From positions 9,300,001 to 9,364,000 of the forward strand of contig CM097886.1 in assembly GCA_044892525.1 (NCBI GenBank): DNA of 64,000 nt. The letters are read 5' to 3'. The DNA comes from Schmidtea polychroa. Lineage: Eukaryota. Each line of letters starts with the position of its first letter. Position 1 is the stretch's first letter. The translations under genes and the position numbers were made by a program. A model generated the notes under the pieces. That model saw nothing but the letters and a program-made list of their open reading frames with translations. It was not told the DNA's origin and searched no databases. Of the stretch, positions 63,964 through 64,000 are shown one piece after another.

Positions 63964-64000
63964 TCATCGGAAATTTCAAAGATGAAGAGCAAGGGATTGG
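63964..64000 (+). pseudogene. polB: Start of another Polinton polB fragment at the window edge
   Basis: atcggaaatttcaaagatgaagagcaagggatt resembles atcgggaagtttaaagatgagagcaagggatt at about 38120. Confidence 0.55.

Overview
Very AT-rich animal genomic DNA with three N gaps, almost entirely nested transposable elements. The recognisable host genes are ANKRD39 (3 exons, 38- and 43-bp introns) and the last two exons of proline dehydrogenase; there are also captured or decayed fragments of SNF8 and an RNF115/126-type E3 ligase. The most notable object is a 5'-truncated, decayed Ty3/Gypsy-type LTR element (about 39.6-55.3 kb) with an unusual layout: an ORF with two ubiquitin-like domains and an AT-hook; a chuvirus-like class III fusion glycoprotein placed UPSTREAM of pol; a linker with PTAP/YPxnL/LPPY late-domain-like motifs and no visible capsid gag; PR-RT-RH-IN; a second, FN3-like type I membrane protein; an ISG20/REX4-like exonuclease with degenerate catalytic residues; further accessory ORFs; and a 1-kb LTR. 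An inverted copy of its 3' end and several related LTRs lie nearby. Also present: an intact hAT with 8-bp TSD, an intact hATm-like element, a piggyBac deletion derivative, a complete non-autonomous LTR element with TSD, Gypsy, mariner, Tc1, MULE, Penelope and Helitron-like remnants, and many Polinton/Maverick fragments (pPolB, major capsid). All family assignments come from motif recognition by eye; no searches were run, and boundaries marked approximate are estimates.
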